A stretch of DNA of 64,000 bases from Myxococcales bacterium (GCA_043747615.1 JAYTOU010000023.1:128001-192000); one strand, 5' to 3'. Counted from the stretch's first letter, positions 28,999 through 38,189 are shown. Program-made: numbers and translations. The notes: generated by a model not told the origin, from the letters alone.

Positions 28999-30165
28999 CT
29001 AGGGTGCGACCTTTTCGGTCGAGGAATAACGCGGCACCAAGACGTACTTGAAGATGAAGTTTGCGACGATCGCCGCCATGATCACGAGGAGTCCAAGCGC
29101 CACCCACGAGAGTACGCCCGTGGGCCGCCGATCGGCCGCGCGCAAAATCGGAAGCTCGGTGACTTTCCCTCCAGCCGCGCGACTGAAGATCTTCGGCGAC
29201 GAAGGCGCTGAGGGCGGTGGAGGCGCGAACACCCTGGTCACGGAGTTGTCATCGTCAGGGCTGAAGTCGACACGAAGGAGCGGACCGTTGCTCGCTCTTT
29301 CTAGGAGCGGCTCGAGGGCACGCGAGATGTCCTCCATCTGCGCGTACCGCTCGTCCGGCGTCTTCGATAGCGCCTTCATCACCACCGCCGAGATCTCCTT
29401 CGACACCTGCGGCGCGACGTGGCGGAGCGGCTTCGGCTTCTCTTGCAGAATTGCGAACGCGACGGGAAGGCCACGCGGATTGTTCGTCGCCACCGGGTGC
29501 AGACCACCGGTGAGAAGCTCGTACGCAACGGCTCCCCAGGAGAACTGATCGGACCTCCCGTCGAGGGCCTCGCCGATCACTTGCTCCGGAGCCATGTAGA
29601 GCGGCGTGCCCATCACCACGCCCGTGCGCGTGACGAACGAGTCGTGGATCCCCACCGCGTCTGGCATGTCCTTGATGGCCTTGGCAACCCCGAAATCCAG
29701 CACTTTTACAGAGCCATCGTTGCAAACCATCACGTTGTCGGGCTTGACGTCGCGGTGCACGAGCCCCTGCTTGTGCGCGGCGCCCAGGCCATTGGCGATG
29801 GCGATGAGCCATTCAATACGCGTGCGCAGAGACACGTTCGTGTCGTCCATGAACTCGCTCATCTGCTTGCCGACCGCCAGCTCCATGGCGATGAACGGTG
29901 TGCCCCGGAACTCTCCGACATCGAAGATGTGAACGGCGTTCGGATGGTTCAGCGCCGCCGCTGACCGGCCTTCGCGAATGAGTCGGGCGGCCGGCTCGCT
30001 CAAATTCTCGTTCCCCGGCTCGTGCGCAAACTCCGGGCGCAGGACCTTGAGCGCGACGTTGCGGCGGAGGCGAGAGTCGTACGCCCGATACACGAGGCCC
30101 ATGCCCCCCTCTCCGAGCAGCGCGTCGATCCTATAGCGGTCGAACTTCTCACCCGCGCGGAACAT
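28999..30165 (-). CDS. Ser/Thr protein kinase with a C-terminal TM anchor
   Basis: GEGGMG, VALK, HRDVKPDN, DFG, GTPLYMAPEQ. Confidence 0.95.
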   Translation of the reverse strand: MFRAGEKFDRYRIDALLGEGGMGLVYRAYDSRLRRNVALKVLRPEFAHEPGNENLSEPAARLIREGRSAAALNHPNAVHIFDVGEFRGTPFIAMELAVGKQMSEFMDDTNVSLRTRIEWLIAIANGLGAAHKQGLVHRDVKPDNVMVCNDGSVKVLDFGVAKAIKDMPDAVGIHDSFVTRTGVVMGTPLYMAPEQVIGEALDGRSDQFSWGAVAYELLTGGLHPVATNNPRGLPVAFAILQEKPKPLRHVAPQVSKEISAVVMKALSKTPDERYAQMEDISRALEPLLERASNGPLLRVDFSPDDDNSVTRVFAPPPPSAPSSPKIFSRAAGGKVTELPILRAADRRPTGVLSWVALGLLVIMAAIVANFIFKYVLVPRYSSTEKVAP

Positions 30166-30181
30166 GGGGCTCCTTCAGCAC

Positions 30182-31240
30182 TCAGGGCTGGTGTGTCGCT
30201 AGGTCGCGCATCGCTTGCAGGATGCCGGACTTCTGAGGCACCGACGCTCGTTCGAGGTTGTCGGCGAGGCCAACCCCGGGGACGCACGCCCCGGCGAGGA
30301 GACGCGGAGGTGCGTGCAGCTCGTAGAAGAGCTCTTCGACCGTGCGGCGCATCAGATGCTCACCAAAGTTCGTGACCTCGGTGTCTTCGTTCACGAACAG
30401 GGCACGGTTGGTGCGCTTGATGCTCTCTCTTACCTTCGCCCAGTCGTACGGCCAGAGAGAGCGAAGATCGATCACCTCGACCTCGATGCCGTCGGTGGCG
30501 AGCTCGTCGGCAGCTTTGCGGCAGATCGCGACCATCCGTCCGTACGTCACGCAGGTGACGTCCCGCCCTTCGCGCACGGTGCGCGCTTCGCCGATCGGAA
30601 TGAAGAAGTCGGGTGTGTCTGGCCAGTTCGGCGACCACTGCGAGCGGTCTCCGAGCGGCGCATCGATCATCTTGCTCAGGGTCTTTTCGTCGGGCTCGCC
30701 GGGGATCTCTTCGCCGGGCGCACCCTTCGCGCGCAAAAGCGCTTTCGGCGCGAGAAACATCACCGGGTTCGGATCGGCGATCGCCGACAGGAGTAGCCCG
30801 TACGCGTCGCGCGGCGTCGAGGGCATCACGATCTTCCAACCCGGAATGTGCGTCGCCGTCGCATCGAAGGAATGCGAATGGTAGAGGCTTCCGTGAATGC
30901 CAGAGCCGACCGGGGTCATCACCACCATCGGAAGATTCCATTCGCCGTTCGAAGACCAGCACATTCCACCGGCGAGCTTGAGGAGATCGATGGTGTTGAA
31001 CGCGTAGTCGCAAAATTGAATTTCGGCGACGGGGCGCTGACCCGCGAGTGCGAGGCCGATCGCCGTTCCTACGATGCCGCGTTCGTCGAGCGGCGTATTC
31101 CAGGCTGTCCTCAGCCCTTGCGTGGCGGTGAAGACTCCCCCGAGCGGCGGCCCCACGTCCTCACCGAAGACGTCGGTCACCCCGTGGCGTTCCTCGCCCA
31201 CGTGCAACGCCATGCGGATCGCTTGCACCATCGTCGCCAT
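30182..31240 (-). CDS. 2-oxoacid (probably branched-chain) dehydrogenase E1 beta
   Basis: FGEDVG..GGVF, NTPLDE, AEIQF, YHSHS, EVIDLRSL; start at MATMVQAIR. Confidence 0.92.
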   Translation of the reverse strand: MATMVQAIRMALHVGEERHGVTDVFGEDVGPPLGGVFTATQGLRTAWNTPLDERGIVGTAIGLALAGQRPVAEIQFCDYAFNTIDLLKLAGGMCWSSNGEWNLPMVVMTPVGSGIHGSLYHSHSFDATATHIPGWKIVMPSTPRDAYGLLLSAIADPNPVMFLAPKALLRAKGAPGEEIPGEPDEKTLSKMIDAPLGDRSQWSPNWPDTPDFFIPIGEARTVREGRDVTCVTYGRMVAICRKAADELATDGIEVEVIDLRSLWPYDWAKVRESIKRTNRALFVNEDTEVTNFGEHLMRRTVEELFYELHAPPRLLAGACVPGVGLADNLERASVPQKSGILQAMRDLATHQP

Positions 31241-32253
31241 CAGTGACCTCGCTTTTCGGCGAACACATGGTCGTAAATCGTCGAGCCCGCGGGCGGAGGC
31301 TCTTCGCGTACGCGCTTGGAGGCCTCGAGCAGCTCCTGGGTGTACCGGGTCCGTAGCTCGTCCATCCGTGCGCGGGTGAGAATGCTCCGCTCTTCCAGTC
31401 GCGTCTCGAAGCGCTGCAAGCAGTCCACCTCTTCGGAGATGTAGTTCGCTCCCGAAGACGAGGAGTGCCCGTAGAGACGGGAGACCATGGCCTCGACGAA
31501 GAAGGGCCGCCGCTCGGTGCGCACCACGTCCATTGCGTGCTTGAGCGCGTGGTACGAAGCCTCGGGATCGTTGCCGTCGATCACCATCGACTCGATGCCG
31601 AAGCCTTTCGCGCGATCGGCGATGCGCTTCTCCCCGTGCTGCGTGGCGCCCGGAGTGGAGATACCCCATTGGTTGTTGGTGACGATGATGAGGATCGGGA
31701 GCTCGTTCTTCGGTCGCGAACTCCACACCAGACATGATGCAAAATCTGCCTCGGCCGTACCCGCGTCACCACCCTGGACGATCGTGATCCCCCGACCGCC
31801 TGCCCGCTTCTGCGCCATCGCCGTGCCCGGAGCCATCGCGTACTGCACTTCGATGGGCGATGAGACCGGCACGACGTTCCATTTTCGCACCGAGTAGTGA
31901 CCTGCGAAATTACGGCCGCCCGAGTAGGGATCGCTCGCCGTGCTCTTCATCTGCCGCAGCGCATCGACCGGGTCGGCGCCCATCGCCAGGAGCGTCGCGC
32001 TCGATCGGTAGTGGAGATGCAGATAGTCGTGGCTCGGCCCTTCCCCCTTGTCCACGAGGAGCCCAAGCGGAACGTTGAAGGCCTCTTCGCCGGGGCCACC
32101 GATCCAAAAGTATCCGTCGCCCTGCTTCTGCATGCGAATGAGACGCTCCTCGAGGAGGCGCGCCTTCAGCATGAGGTCGTGCATCGTGACGAGCAGATCG
32201 GGCGCTATTTTTAGCCCCTCCCCGTTTTGACCTTGGACCAAGCTGGTGCTCAC
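31240..32253 (-). CDS. 2-oxoacid (probably branched-chain, esg-like) dehydrogenase E1 alpha
   Basis: GEEA, TPP motif GDAG...NNQWGIST, DGND, RLYGHS; GTG 32253 with AAGGAG RBS. Confidence 0.9.
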   Translation of the reverse strand: MSTSLVQGQNGEGLKIAPDLLVTMHDLMLKARLLEERLIRMQKQGDGYFWIGGPGEEAFNVPLGLLVDKGEGPSHDYLHLHYRSSATLLAMGADPVDALRQMKSTASDPYSGGRNFAGHYSVRKWNVVPVSSPIEVQYAMAPGTAMAQKRAGGRGITIVQGGDAGTAEADFASCLVWSSRPKNELPILIIVTNNQWGISTPGATQHGEKRIADRAKGFGIESMVIDGNDPEASYHALKHAMDVVRTERRPFFVEAMVSRLYGHSSSSGANYISEEVDCLQRFETRLEERSILTRARMDELRTRYTQELLEASKRVREEPPPAGSTIYDHVFAEKRGH

Positions 32254-32335
32254 AAAAAGGCTCCTTTCATCCGACGGACCGGCGTTCTCTCTCGCTTTAG
32301 CGCAAGGAGCACGCGTCCGGAAGCGCCGAAAACGC

Positions 32336-32758
32336 TCAGTCCGAGTCGACCGCGGCGTCGGCTGCATCCGGCGTCGAACCGTCGTCAGCGTCCGCTGTAG
32401 TCGCGTCGGCGGCGTCTGGCCCCGCCTCGGTCGCATCTGGGGAATTGCCGTCCGCCGCGTCGACTGTCGTGTCCGTTCCGGCGTCATTTGCGTCGGCGAC
32501 GGTGGTGTCCGTACTGGTGTCGGTGACGGTCGTGTCGGCGGGGGAATCGATACTGACGTCCGCGGACGAGTCCATCGTGGCGTCGTGAGCGGCCGCATCA
32601 CAAGCGGGACCGAAGCAGGCCCCATCAGGCAACATGTCGAGCGATCCGCCGTCGATGTGCGAGCGATCGAAGTCGACGGCGAGCTCGCAACCACCCAAGC
32701 CGCAGAGCCCGAGCGTGAGAGTCAGGGCTACGGCGCGCGCGATCGAGTTTTTCCTCAC
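32336..32758 (-). CDS. Small lipoprotein with acidic Asp/Ala/Thr low-complexity tail
   Basis: Lipobox LGGC, ELAVDFDRS, repeated DA/DT units. Confidence 0.7.
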   Translation of the reverse strand: MRKNSIARAVALTLTLGLCGLGGCELAVDFDRSHIDGGSLDMLPDGACFGPACDAAAHDATMDSSADVSIDSPADTTVTDTSTDTTVADANDAGTDTTVDAADGNSPDATEAGPDAADATTADADDGSTPDAADAAVDSD

Positions 32759-32894
32759 GCCTCTACAGTAGCAGCATACCGTTCGGCAATGCGCTTTTCG
32801 TCGCGCTCGCTGCGCCTCCGCCCCCACAACCGAGGAGGAGGAAGAGGGGGCACAGCAGCGCTCCCTCCACCCCCAGGTTCATCTCGGTTCCTCG

Positions 32895-35396
32895 TTACTC
32901 GGCCGCAGGTGCCGCCGCGGCTGCAGCAGGAGCCGACTTGATCTGCGTGTCGATGCGCATCCCGTAGAAGGAGCGGTAGACGAACGCGCAGGCTACGACG
33001 AAGAAGATACCCGACGCGACGTGACGCGTGTCCGTGCTCAGCTGCTCGGCGAGCTCGACGGCGAGAAGACCGAAGAGCGTCGTGAACTTGATCACCGGGT
33101 TCATGGCCACCGAAGAAGTGTCCTTGAATGGATCGCCGACGGTGTCGCCGACGACGCACGCATCGTGAAGGGGCGTTCCCTTTTCCTTGAGCTCGACTTC
33201 GACGACCTTCTTCGCGTTGTCCCAGGCGCCGCCGGCGTTGGCCATGAAGAGCGCTTGGTAGAGGCCGAAGAGGGCGATCGAAATGAGGTAGCCGATGAAG
33301 AGGAACGACTCGGCGCACGCGAAGGCAAGGGTCGCGCAGAAGACCGTCATGAAGATGTTGATCATGCCCTTCTGTGCGTAGATCGTGCAGATCTCGACGA
33401 CGCGCTTGCTGTCTTCGATCGACGCCTTCGTCGACCCATCGAGCTTGATGTTCGCCTTGATGAACTCGACGGCGCGGTAGGCGCCGGTGGCCACGGCCTG
33501 GGTGGAAGCGCCGGTGAACCAGTAGATGACCGCGCCGCCAGAGATGAGGCCGAGGAGGAACGGCGGGTGGAGGATGGAGAGCATTGCCATCTTCTCGACG
33601 TTCTGGAGCCTGTCGGTGAGGAGCACGATAATCGAGAAGATCATGGTCGTGGCTCCGACGACGGCCGTTCCGATAAGGACCGGTTTTGCCGTGGCTTTGA
33701 AAGTGTTGCCCGCGCCGTCGTTCTCTTCGAGGAAGTGCTTGGCCTTCTCGAAGTTGAGATCGAACTTGAACTTCTCTTTGATCTCTTCCTTGATGCCGGG
33801 AAGCGTCTCGATGACCGAGAGCTCGTAGACGGACTGGGCGTTGTCGGTGACCGGGCCGTACGAGTCGACGGCGATGGTGACCGGGCCCATGCCGAGGAAT
33901 CCGAAGGCAACGAGGCCGAAGGCGAAGACCGCCGACGCGTCGATCTTGCCGATCGTCATGAGAGCGCCGAGGCCCTGAAGGCTCACGAGCCAGGCGGCTC
34001 CCATGAGGAAAACGAGGGTCATTCCCAGCCAAAACGCGCTGAAGTTACCGGCGGTGAGCCCGGCAAGAATGTTGAGCGACGCGCCGCCTTCACGCGATGC
34101 GGTGACCACCTCTTTGACGTGCGCCGACTCGGTCGAGGTGAAGACCTTGACCAGCTCGGGGATGATCGCACCGGCGAGCGTTCCGCAGGTGATGATGAGC
34201 GAGAGCTTCCACCACAGGGTGCCGTCGCCGAGGTTCGGGATGAGGGCCTTCGACACCACGAACGTGAGGATGACCGACACGATCGACGTGATCCACACGA
34301 GCATCGTGAGCGGCGCTTCGAAGTTCATCTTGTCGGCCTTCTCGTAACGGCTCTTCGCAATGGCTTCGTTCACGAAGTACGAAAGCGCGCTCGCGATGAC
34401 CATGACGACGCGCATCACGAAAATCCAGACGAGGAGCTGGACCTGCACGGCGTGGTCGGGGACGGCAAGAAGGATGAAGGAGATGAGAGCCACGCCGGTG
34501 ACGCCGTAGGTCTCGAAGCCGTCGGCGCTGGGGCCGACCGAGTCGCCCGCGTTGTCGCCCGTGCAGTCGGCGATGACGCCGGGGTTACGCGCGTCGTCTT
34601 CCTTGATCTTGAAGACGATCTTCATGAGGTCGGAACCGATGTCGGCGATCTTCGTGAAGATGCCGCCGGCGATGCGGAGGGCGGAGGCGCCGAGGGACTC
34701 GCCGATGGCGAACCCGATGAAACAGGGGCCGGCGTAGCTTCCGGGGATGACGAGGAGAATGCCGAGCATGAGCGCGAGCTCGATGCTGATGAGGAGCATG
34801 CCGATGCTCATTCCGGCCTTGAGGGGAATGGCGTAGCAGGGGAAGGGCTTGCCGCGGAGGGCAGCGAAGGCGGTACGCGAGTTCGCGAACGTGTTCACGC
34901 GGATACCGAACCAGGCGACCGCGCAGCTCCCCGCGATACCGACCAGGCTGAAGCCGAGGATGATGGCCACCTTGAAGGCCTCCATCTTCTCGAAGACGCC
35001 GAAGTATACGACGATCAGCGTGCCGATGAGAATCTCGAGGTAGAGGATGAACTTGATCTGGGTGACAAGGTACGTCTTGCAGGTCGCGTAAATCAGCTCG
35101 GACACTTCGAGCATCGAGGAGTGAACCTCGGCGTTCTTGAGCTGCATGTAGATGCTAATGCTCATGATGAGGCCGAGGATCGTGATCCCCACGCCCATCG
35201 TCAGGAGGGTGCTCCCCGACATGCCGAAGAAGCTGGCGACCGCGGGATCGCTGAGCGACGGAACGACGAGATCGGCTTCGCCGCCGTGATGCGGGGCCTC
35301 ACCTTGGGCGAAGGCCGCCGAGGAGGACATGAGGAGACAAATGGTCGTCAGGATGCCGAGGGCAGCTCGACTCACCTGTGTAAGCGCGGATTTCAT
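32895..35396 (-). CDS. hppA: Membrane-bound ion-translocating pyrophosphatase
   Basis: GGIFTKIADIGSDL, EDDARNPGVIADCTGDNAGD, DSYGPVTDNA, GNTFKATAK, GGAWDNAKK, GDTVGDPFKDTS. Confidence 0.97.
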   Translation of the reverse strand: MKSALTQVSRAALGILTTICLLMSSSAAFAQGEAPHHGGEADLVVPSLSDPAVASFFGMSGSTLLTMGVGITILGLIMSISIYMQLKNAEVHSSMLEVSELIYATCKTYLVTQIKFILYLEILIGTLIVVYFGVFEKMEAFKVAIILGFSLVGIAGSCAVAWFGIRVNTFANSRTAFAALRGKPFPCYAIPLKAGMSIGMLLISIELALMLGILLVIPGSYAGPCFIGFAIGESLGASALRIAGGIFTKIADIGSDLMKIVFKIKEDDARNPGVIADCTGDNAGDSVGPSADGFETYGVTGVALISFILLAVPDHAVQVQLLVWIFVMRVVMVIASALSYFVNEAIAKSRYEKADKMNFEAPLTMLVWITSIVSVILTFVVSKALIPNLGDGTLWWKLSLIITCGTLAGAIIPELVKVFTSTESAHVKEVVTASREGGASLNILAGLTAGNFSAFWLGMTLVFLMGAAWLVSLQGLGALMTIGKIDASAVFAFGLVAFGFLGMGPVTIAVDSYGPVTDNAQSVYELSVIETLPGIKEEIKEKFKFDLNFEKAKHFLEENDGAGNTFKATAKPVLIGTAVVGATTMIFSIIVLLTDRLQNVEKMAMLSILHPPFLLGLISGGAVIYWFTGASTQAVATGAYRAVEFIKANIKLDGSTKASIEDSKRVVEICTIYAQKGMINIFMTVFCATLAFACAESFLFIGYLISIALFGLYQALFMANAGGAWDNAKKVVEVELKEKGTPLHDACVVGDTVGDPFKDTSSVAMNPVIKFTTLFGLLAVELAEQLSTDTRHVASGIFFVVACAFVYRSFYGMRIDTQIKSAPAAAAAAPAAE

Positions 35397-35464
35397 GGAA
35401 ATGAACCTCTCACGAGTAGTCGGGGGGTGGCGCGCTTAGGGCGCGTTACACCACGAATCTCGAG

Positions 35465-35594
35465 GGGTTGGCCGTCTGTTTTACAGACGCTTCAGCACCG
35501 CTCGTCTGACTCGCCCGTTCGCGACGGCGGCAGGGTGAGTAAGCGGAAGGCTGGTTATCAGTCTTTAGGGCGTCTGTAAATCACGGCCCGATCC
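35465..35594. other. Long imperfect inverted repeat / candidate structured RNA upstream of hppA
   Basis: GGCCGT/ACGGCC, TTTACAGACGC(35480-35490)/GCGTCTGTAAA(35570-35580), CAGC/GCTG, CCGCT/AGCGG, ACTCGCCC/GGGTGAGT nested pairings. Confidence 0.5.
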
Positions 35595-35818
35595 AAGGCC
35601 TATTTTCAGGTTTTCAGGATTCAGCGAGGCGAAGTGGAGTCCACGCATAGGTCGCTGATACGAGCGCCGACAAAATCTCCCTACAATTATTTGGTGCACA
35701 TCATCGTCTTGGAAAGAGAAGCTGCGCTCACCACTTCTCCTTCTACGCATCTCACTAGAGGCCCCTTGGGCGCACAATTGAGCGAAATTTCAGGACATTT
35801 GCGGGTAATGTTCTTCGA

Positions 35819-36562
35819 GTGAGTCGGCAGCAACTGGATGAGACGGAGGCGCATGTTTGGTATTTGTTTCCGGACGCGCTTTCCGACGATGCGCTCCATG
35901 AGGCGCGTTTGCTCATGAACGACGGCGAGCGCGCGAGGCATGACCGCTTCGTTTTTCCCGAAGGACGCCGCGAGTTCGCGTTCACGCGCGCGCTCGTTCG
36001 AACCACGCTCTCGCGTTATGCGGACGTGGCACCGATGGATTGGCAATTCTCCTTTGGTCCGCACGGTCGCCCGGAAATCACCGGGTCGACGGATCTCTAT
36101 TTCAACCTCTCGAACACCAAGGGGCTCATCGCCTGCATCGTCGGACGCGCACCGGAGGTGGGGATCGACGTCGAGTGGCTCGAGCGGCGTGGAGAGACGC
36201 TGGGGATCGCCGACCGCTTCTTCTCTCCGTCCGAGGCGACGAGCATGCGTGCGCTCCCCGCAGAGGACCAGCATCACCGCTTCTTCCACTTGTGGACGCT
36301 GAAGGAGGCGTACATCAAGGCGCGAGGAATGGGCCTCGCACTCCCGCTCGATCAGTTCTCGTTTCACATTGCGGAGGGCGTGCGGACGCGCATCTCGTTC
36401 GACCCGCGCCTCGTCGACGAGCCGAGCACGTGGCAGTTCGATTCGTTCTGGCCAGGCCCCGCGCACTTCGTGGCGACAGCCGTTCGGCGACCGACGGCGA
36501 CGCCGCGCGGGCAGGTGGTGCGCATCGTCGAGCGCACGGTCCACCTCTTCGCGCAGGACTGA
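35819..36562 (+). CDS. 4'-phosphopantetheinyl transferase, Sfp/HetI type
   Basis: GRPE, FNLSNT, VGIDVE, FFHLWTLKEAYIKARGMG. Confidence 0.95.
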   Translation: MSRQQLDETEAHVWYLFPDALSDDALHEARLLMNDGERARHDRFVFPEGRREFAFTRALVRTTLSRYADVAPMDWQFSFGPHGRPEITGSTDLYFNLSNTKGLIACIVGRAPEVGIDVEWLERRGETLGIADRFFSPSEATSMRALPAEDQHHRFFHLWTLKEAYIKARGMGLALPLDQFSFHIAEGVRTRISFDPRLVDEPSTWQFDSFWPGPAHFVATAVRRPTATPRGQVVRIVERTVHLFAQD

Positions 36563-37390
36563 TCAGGGAGTGATGCCCGGAAGGATCTCGCGCAGGTAGC
36601 CGTCAACGGGCCTCGCCGCGGTCCACTGCTTCGGATAGCCGAGCGAGACCTCCTCGAAGCGCACTCCATCGATCCAGCGGGTGGAGCGAATGTGCAGGTG
36701 TCCGCTCACCACGACGACCGCGCGAAAGCGGGTGTGCCAGTCGTGGGTGCGCCGGGTCCCGCACCAGATCGAGAAGCGAGGAATGAGCGGAAGTCGCGCG
36801 AGCTCTTGGCGGAGCGGATAGTGATTGATGATCACCGTCGGCATCTGAGGATCGATCGCCTCGAGGCGCGCCAGGGTGAGGTCGCAGCGTGCGGCGCACC
36901 ACGCTTCGCGCGACGGATGCGGATCGAAGTGAAGGAGCACTTCGTCTTTGCAATAGAGGTTCTCCTCGAGCGCCCACGCGAGCGCGCGCTCGGCAGGCAC
37001 GTCGTCCGGACGAAACGAATAATCGTAAAGTAGGAAGAGCGGTGCGATCACGCACGGGCCGCCATCGCCATGCCACGTCGGATACGGGTCCTCCGGCGTC
37101 AGCACTCCACGTGAACGCGCAAGCGTGACTAGCTGCTCGTACTTCTCTTCGCCGCGCTTGGCCGAGGTATCGGAAGGGAGGGTCCACAGCTCGTGGTTTC
37201 CAGGAACCCACACGAGACGCTCGAACTTCGGCGCGAGCGTCCGGAACACGAACGACAGGTGCTCCTCGGTTTCGCCGAGATCGCCCGCGAGCACCAGCCA
37301 GTCGTCACGATGTGGCACGATGGTTTCGATGGCGCGCCGGTTGGCCTCGAACCCCACATGCAAATCGCTGATCGCAAAAAGCTTCTTCAG
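36563..37390 (-). CDS. Calcineurin-like metallophosphoesterase, PptH (Rv2795c)-like phosphopantetheine hydrolase
   Basis: AISDLH, WLVLAGD, WVPGNHELWT, TPEDPYP, PLFLLYDYSF, REAWC, NHYPL, FSIWCGT, GHLHI, DGVRFEEVSLGYP; start uncertain (CTG 37390 or GTG 37432). Confidence 0.85.
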   Translation of the reverse strand: MKKLFAISDLHVGFEANRRAIETIVPHRDDWLVLAGDLGETEEHLSFVFRTLAPKFERLVWVPGNHELWTLPSDTSAKRGEEKYEQLVTLARSRGVLTPEDPYPTWHGDGGPCVIAPLFLLYDYSFRPDDVPAERALAWALEENLYCKDEVLLHFDPHPSREAWCAARCDLTLARLEAIDPQMPTVIINHYPLRQELARLPLIPRFSIWCGTRRTHDWHTRFRAVVVVSGHLHIRSTRWIDGVRFEEVSLGYPKQWTAARPVDGYLREILPGITP

Positions 37391-37395
37391 ACGAG

Positions 37396-37938
37396 CTAGC
37401 TCTCGGAGATCACGAAGGGATGGCCCTTCCACCAGCCGAGCGCGCGACGCGTTCGCCACTCCGCCTTCGGCTCTTCCTTGCACTGGCCGATGGTGTATCC
37501 GGCGAGTCGGTCGATGAGCGGTAGACGCTTGCACATCGTGAACGACTGCCGCATCAGATGAAGCCCCGCTTTGACGCAGCGCTTGCGATCCTCGACCAGC
37601 TGCCGACCCGTCCAGTCCTCGGCCGTGTGCCCGAATACTTGGATCTGAAGAATGCACCAGCTGCGTCCGTGGTCGCCTTGGATGGCGCCCGTGTCGACGT
37701 CCTTCCGGTACGTCGACTCGAAGGACGCAACCGACGCGATCAAGAGTGCGGTTTGGGCGCGGCCAACGGGGCCGTCGAACAGAGGTGCCTCGTCGGGCTC
37801 GAGAGCGACGCTCGCAATGTCGTGCGCGATGCTGTCGTAGCGCGCGACTGCTGCAACCTCCCCCTCCCGGTGTTGCGCCGGCGGGTTCCACGCAATCATC
37901 GCTGCGAGAAGCCATGCGGCCATTGATTCGAGGGTCAT
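37396..37938 (-). CDS. Hypothetical exported protein, possibly lysozyme/SLT-like fold
   Basis: N-terminal hydrophobic stretch; FEST...GDHGRSWCILQI resembles the ES...GxxQ motifs of lytic transglycosylases. Confidence 0.55.
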   Translation of the reverse strand: MTLESMAAWLLAAMIAWNPPAQHREGEVAAVARYDSIAHDIASVALEPDEAPLFDGPVGRAQTALLIASVASFESTYRKDVDTGAIQGDHGRSWCILQIQVFGHTAEDWTGRQLVEDRKRCVKAGLHLMRQSFTMCKRLPLIDRLAGYTIGQCKEEPKAEWRTRRALGWWKGHPFVISES

Positions 37939-38045
37939 CCAGCCTCCATTGGAAAAAGCAAGTGGGCTGTGAGCCCGGCGAGGCACCCAAATGCGAGCGC
38001 CGCCGGGAGACGTCAATAGACACCGCGAAATTACCGCGCATTTTT

Positions 38046-38074
38046 TTGACACGACTTATAAATACGTATACAGG
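38046..38074 (+). promoter_or_regulatory. Possible sigma70-type promoter for obgE
   Basis: TTGACA at 38046-38051 followed by the AT-rich TTATAAATACGTATACA; spacing to a -10 is imperfect. Confidence 0.35.
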
Positions 38075-38189
38075 CGCCCATTTCATTTCACGACGAAAAA
38101 GGGCAAAAAGAGCGCTCGCAAAGTGTGTAAGGTGCAGCGCAGACGAATCGACTCGGAAAGTGTGAGTCCGTCGAAGAGGTCTGTCGCCG

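Noticed and set aside
32840..32875. GC hairpin downstream of hppA as a terminator
   Set aside because: The stem is mismatched on the coding strand and there is no proper U-tract
33021..35579. 852-aa + strand ORF
   Set aside because: Antisense shadow of hppA produced by high GC3 codon bias; no motifs of its own
35465..35594. Assigning the hairpin to 6S RNA, SRP RNA, hammerhead or fluoride riboswitch
   Set aside because: Conserved cores are not recognisable (CTGATAA is not CUGANGA; no SRP GGAA-loop consensus; short for 6S); kept only as an unassigned candidate
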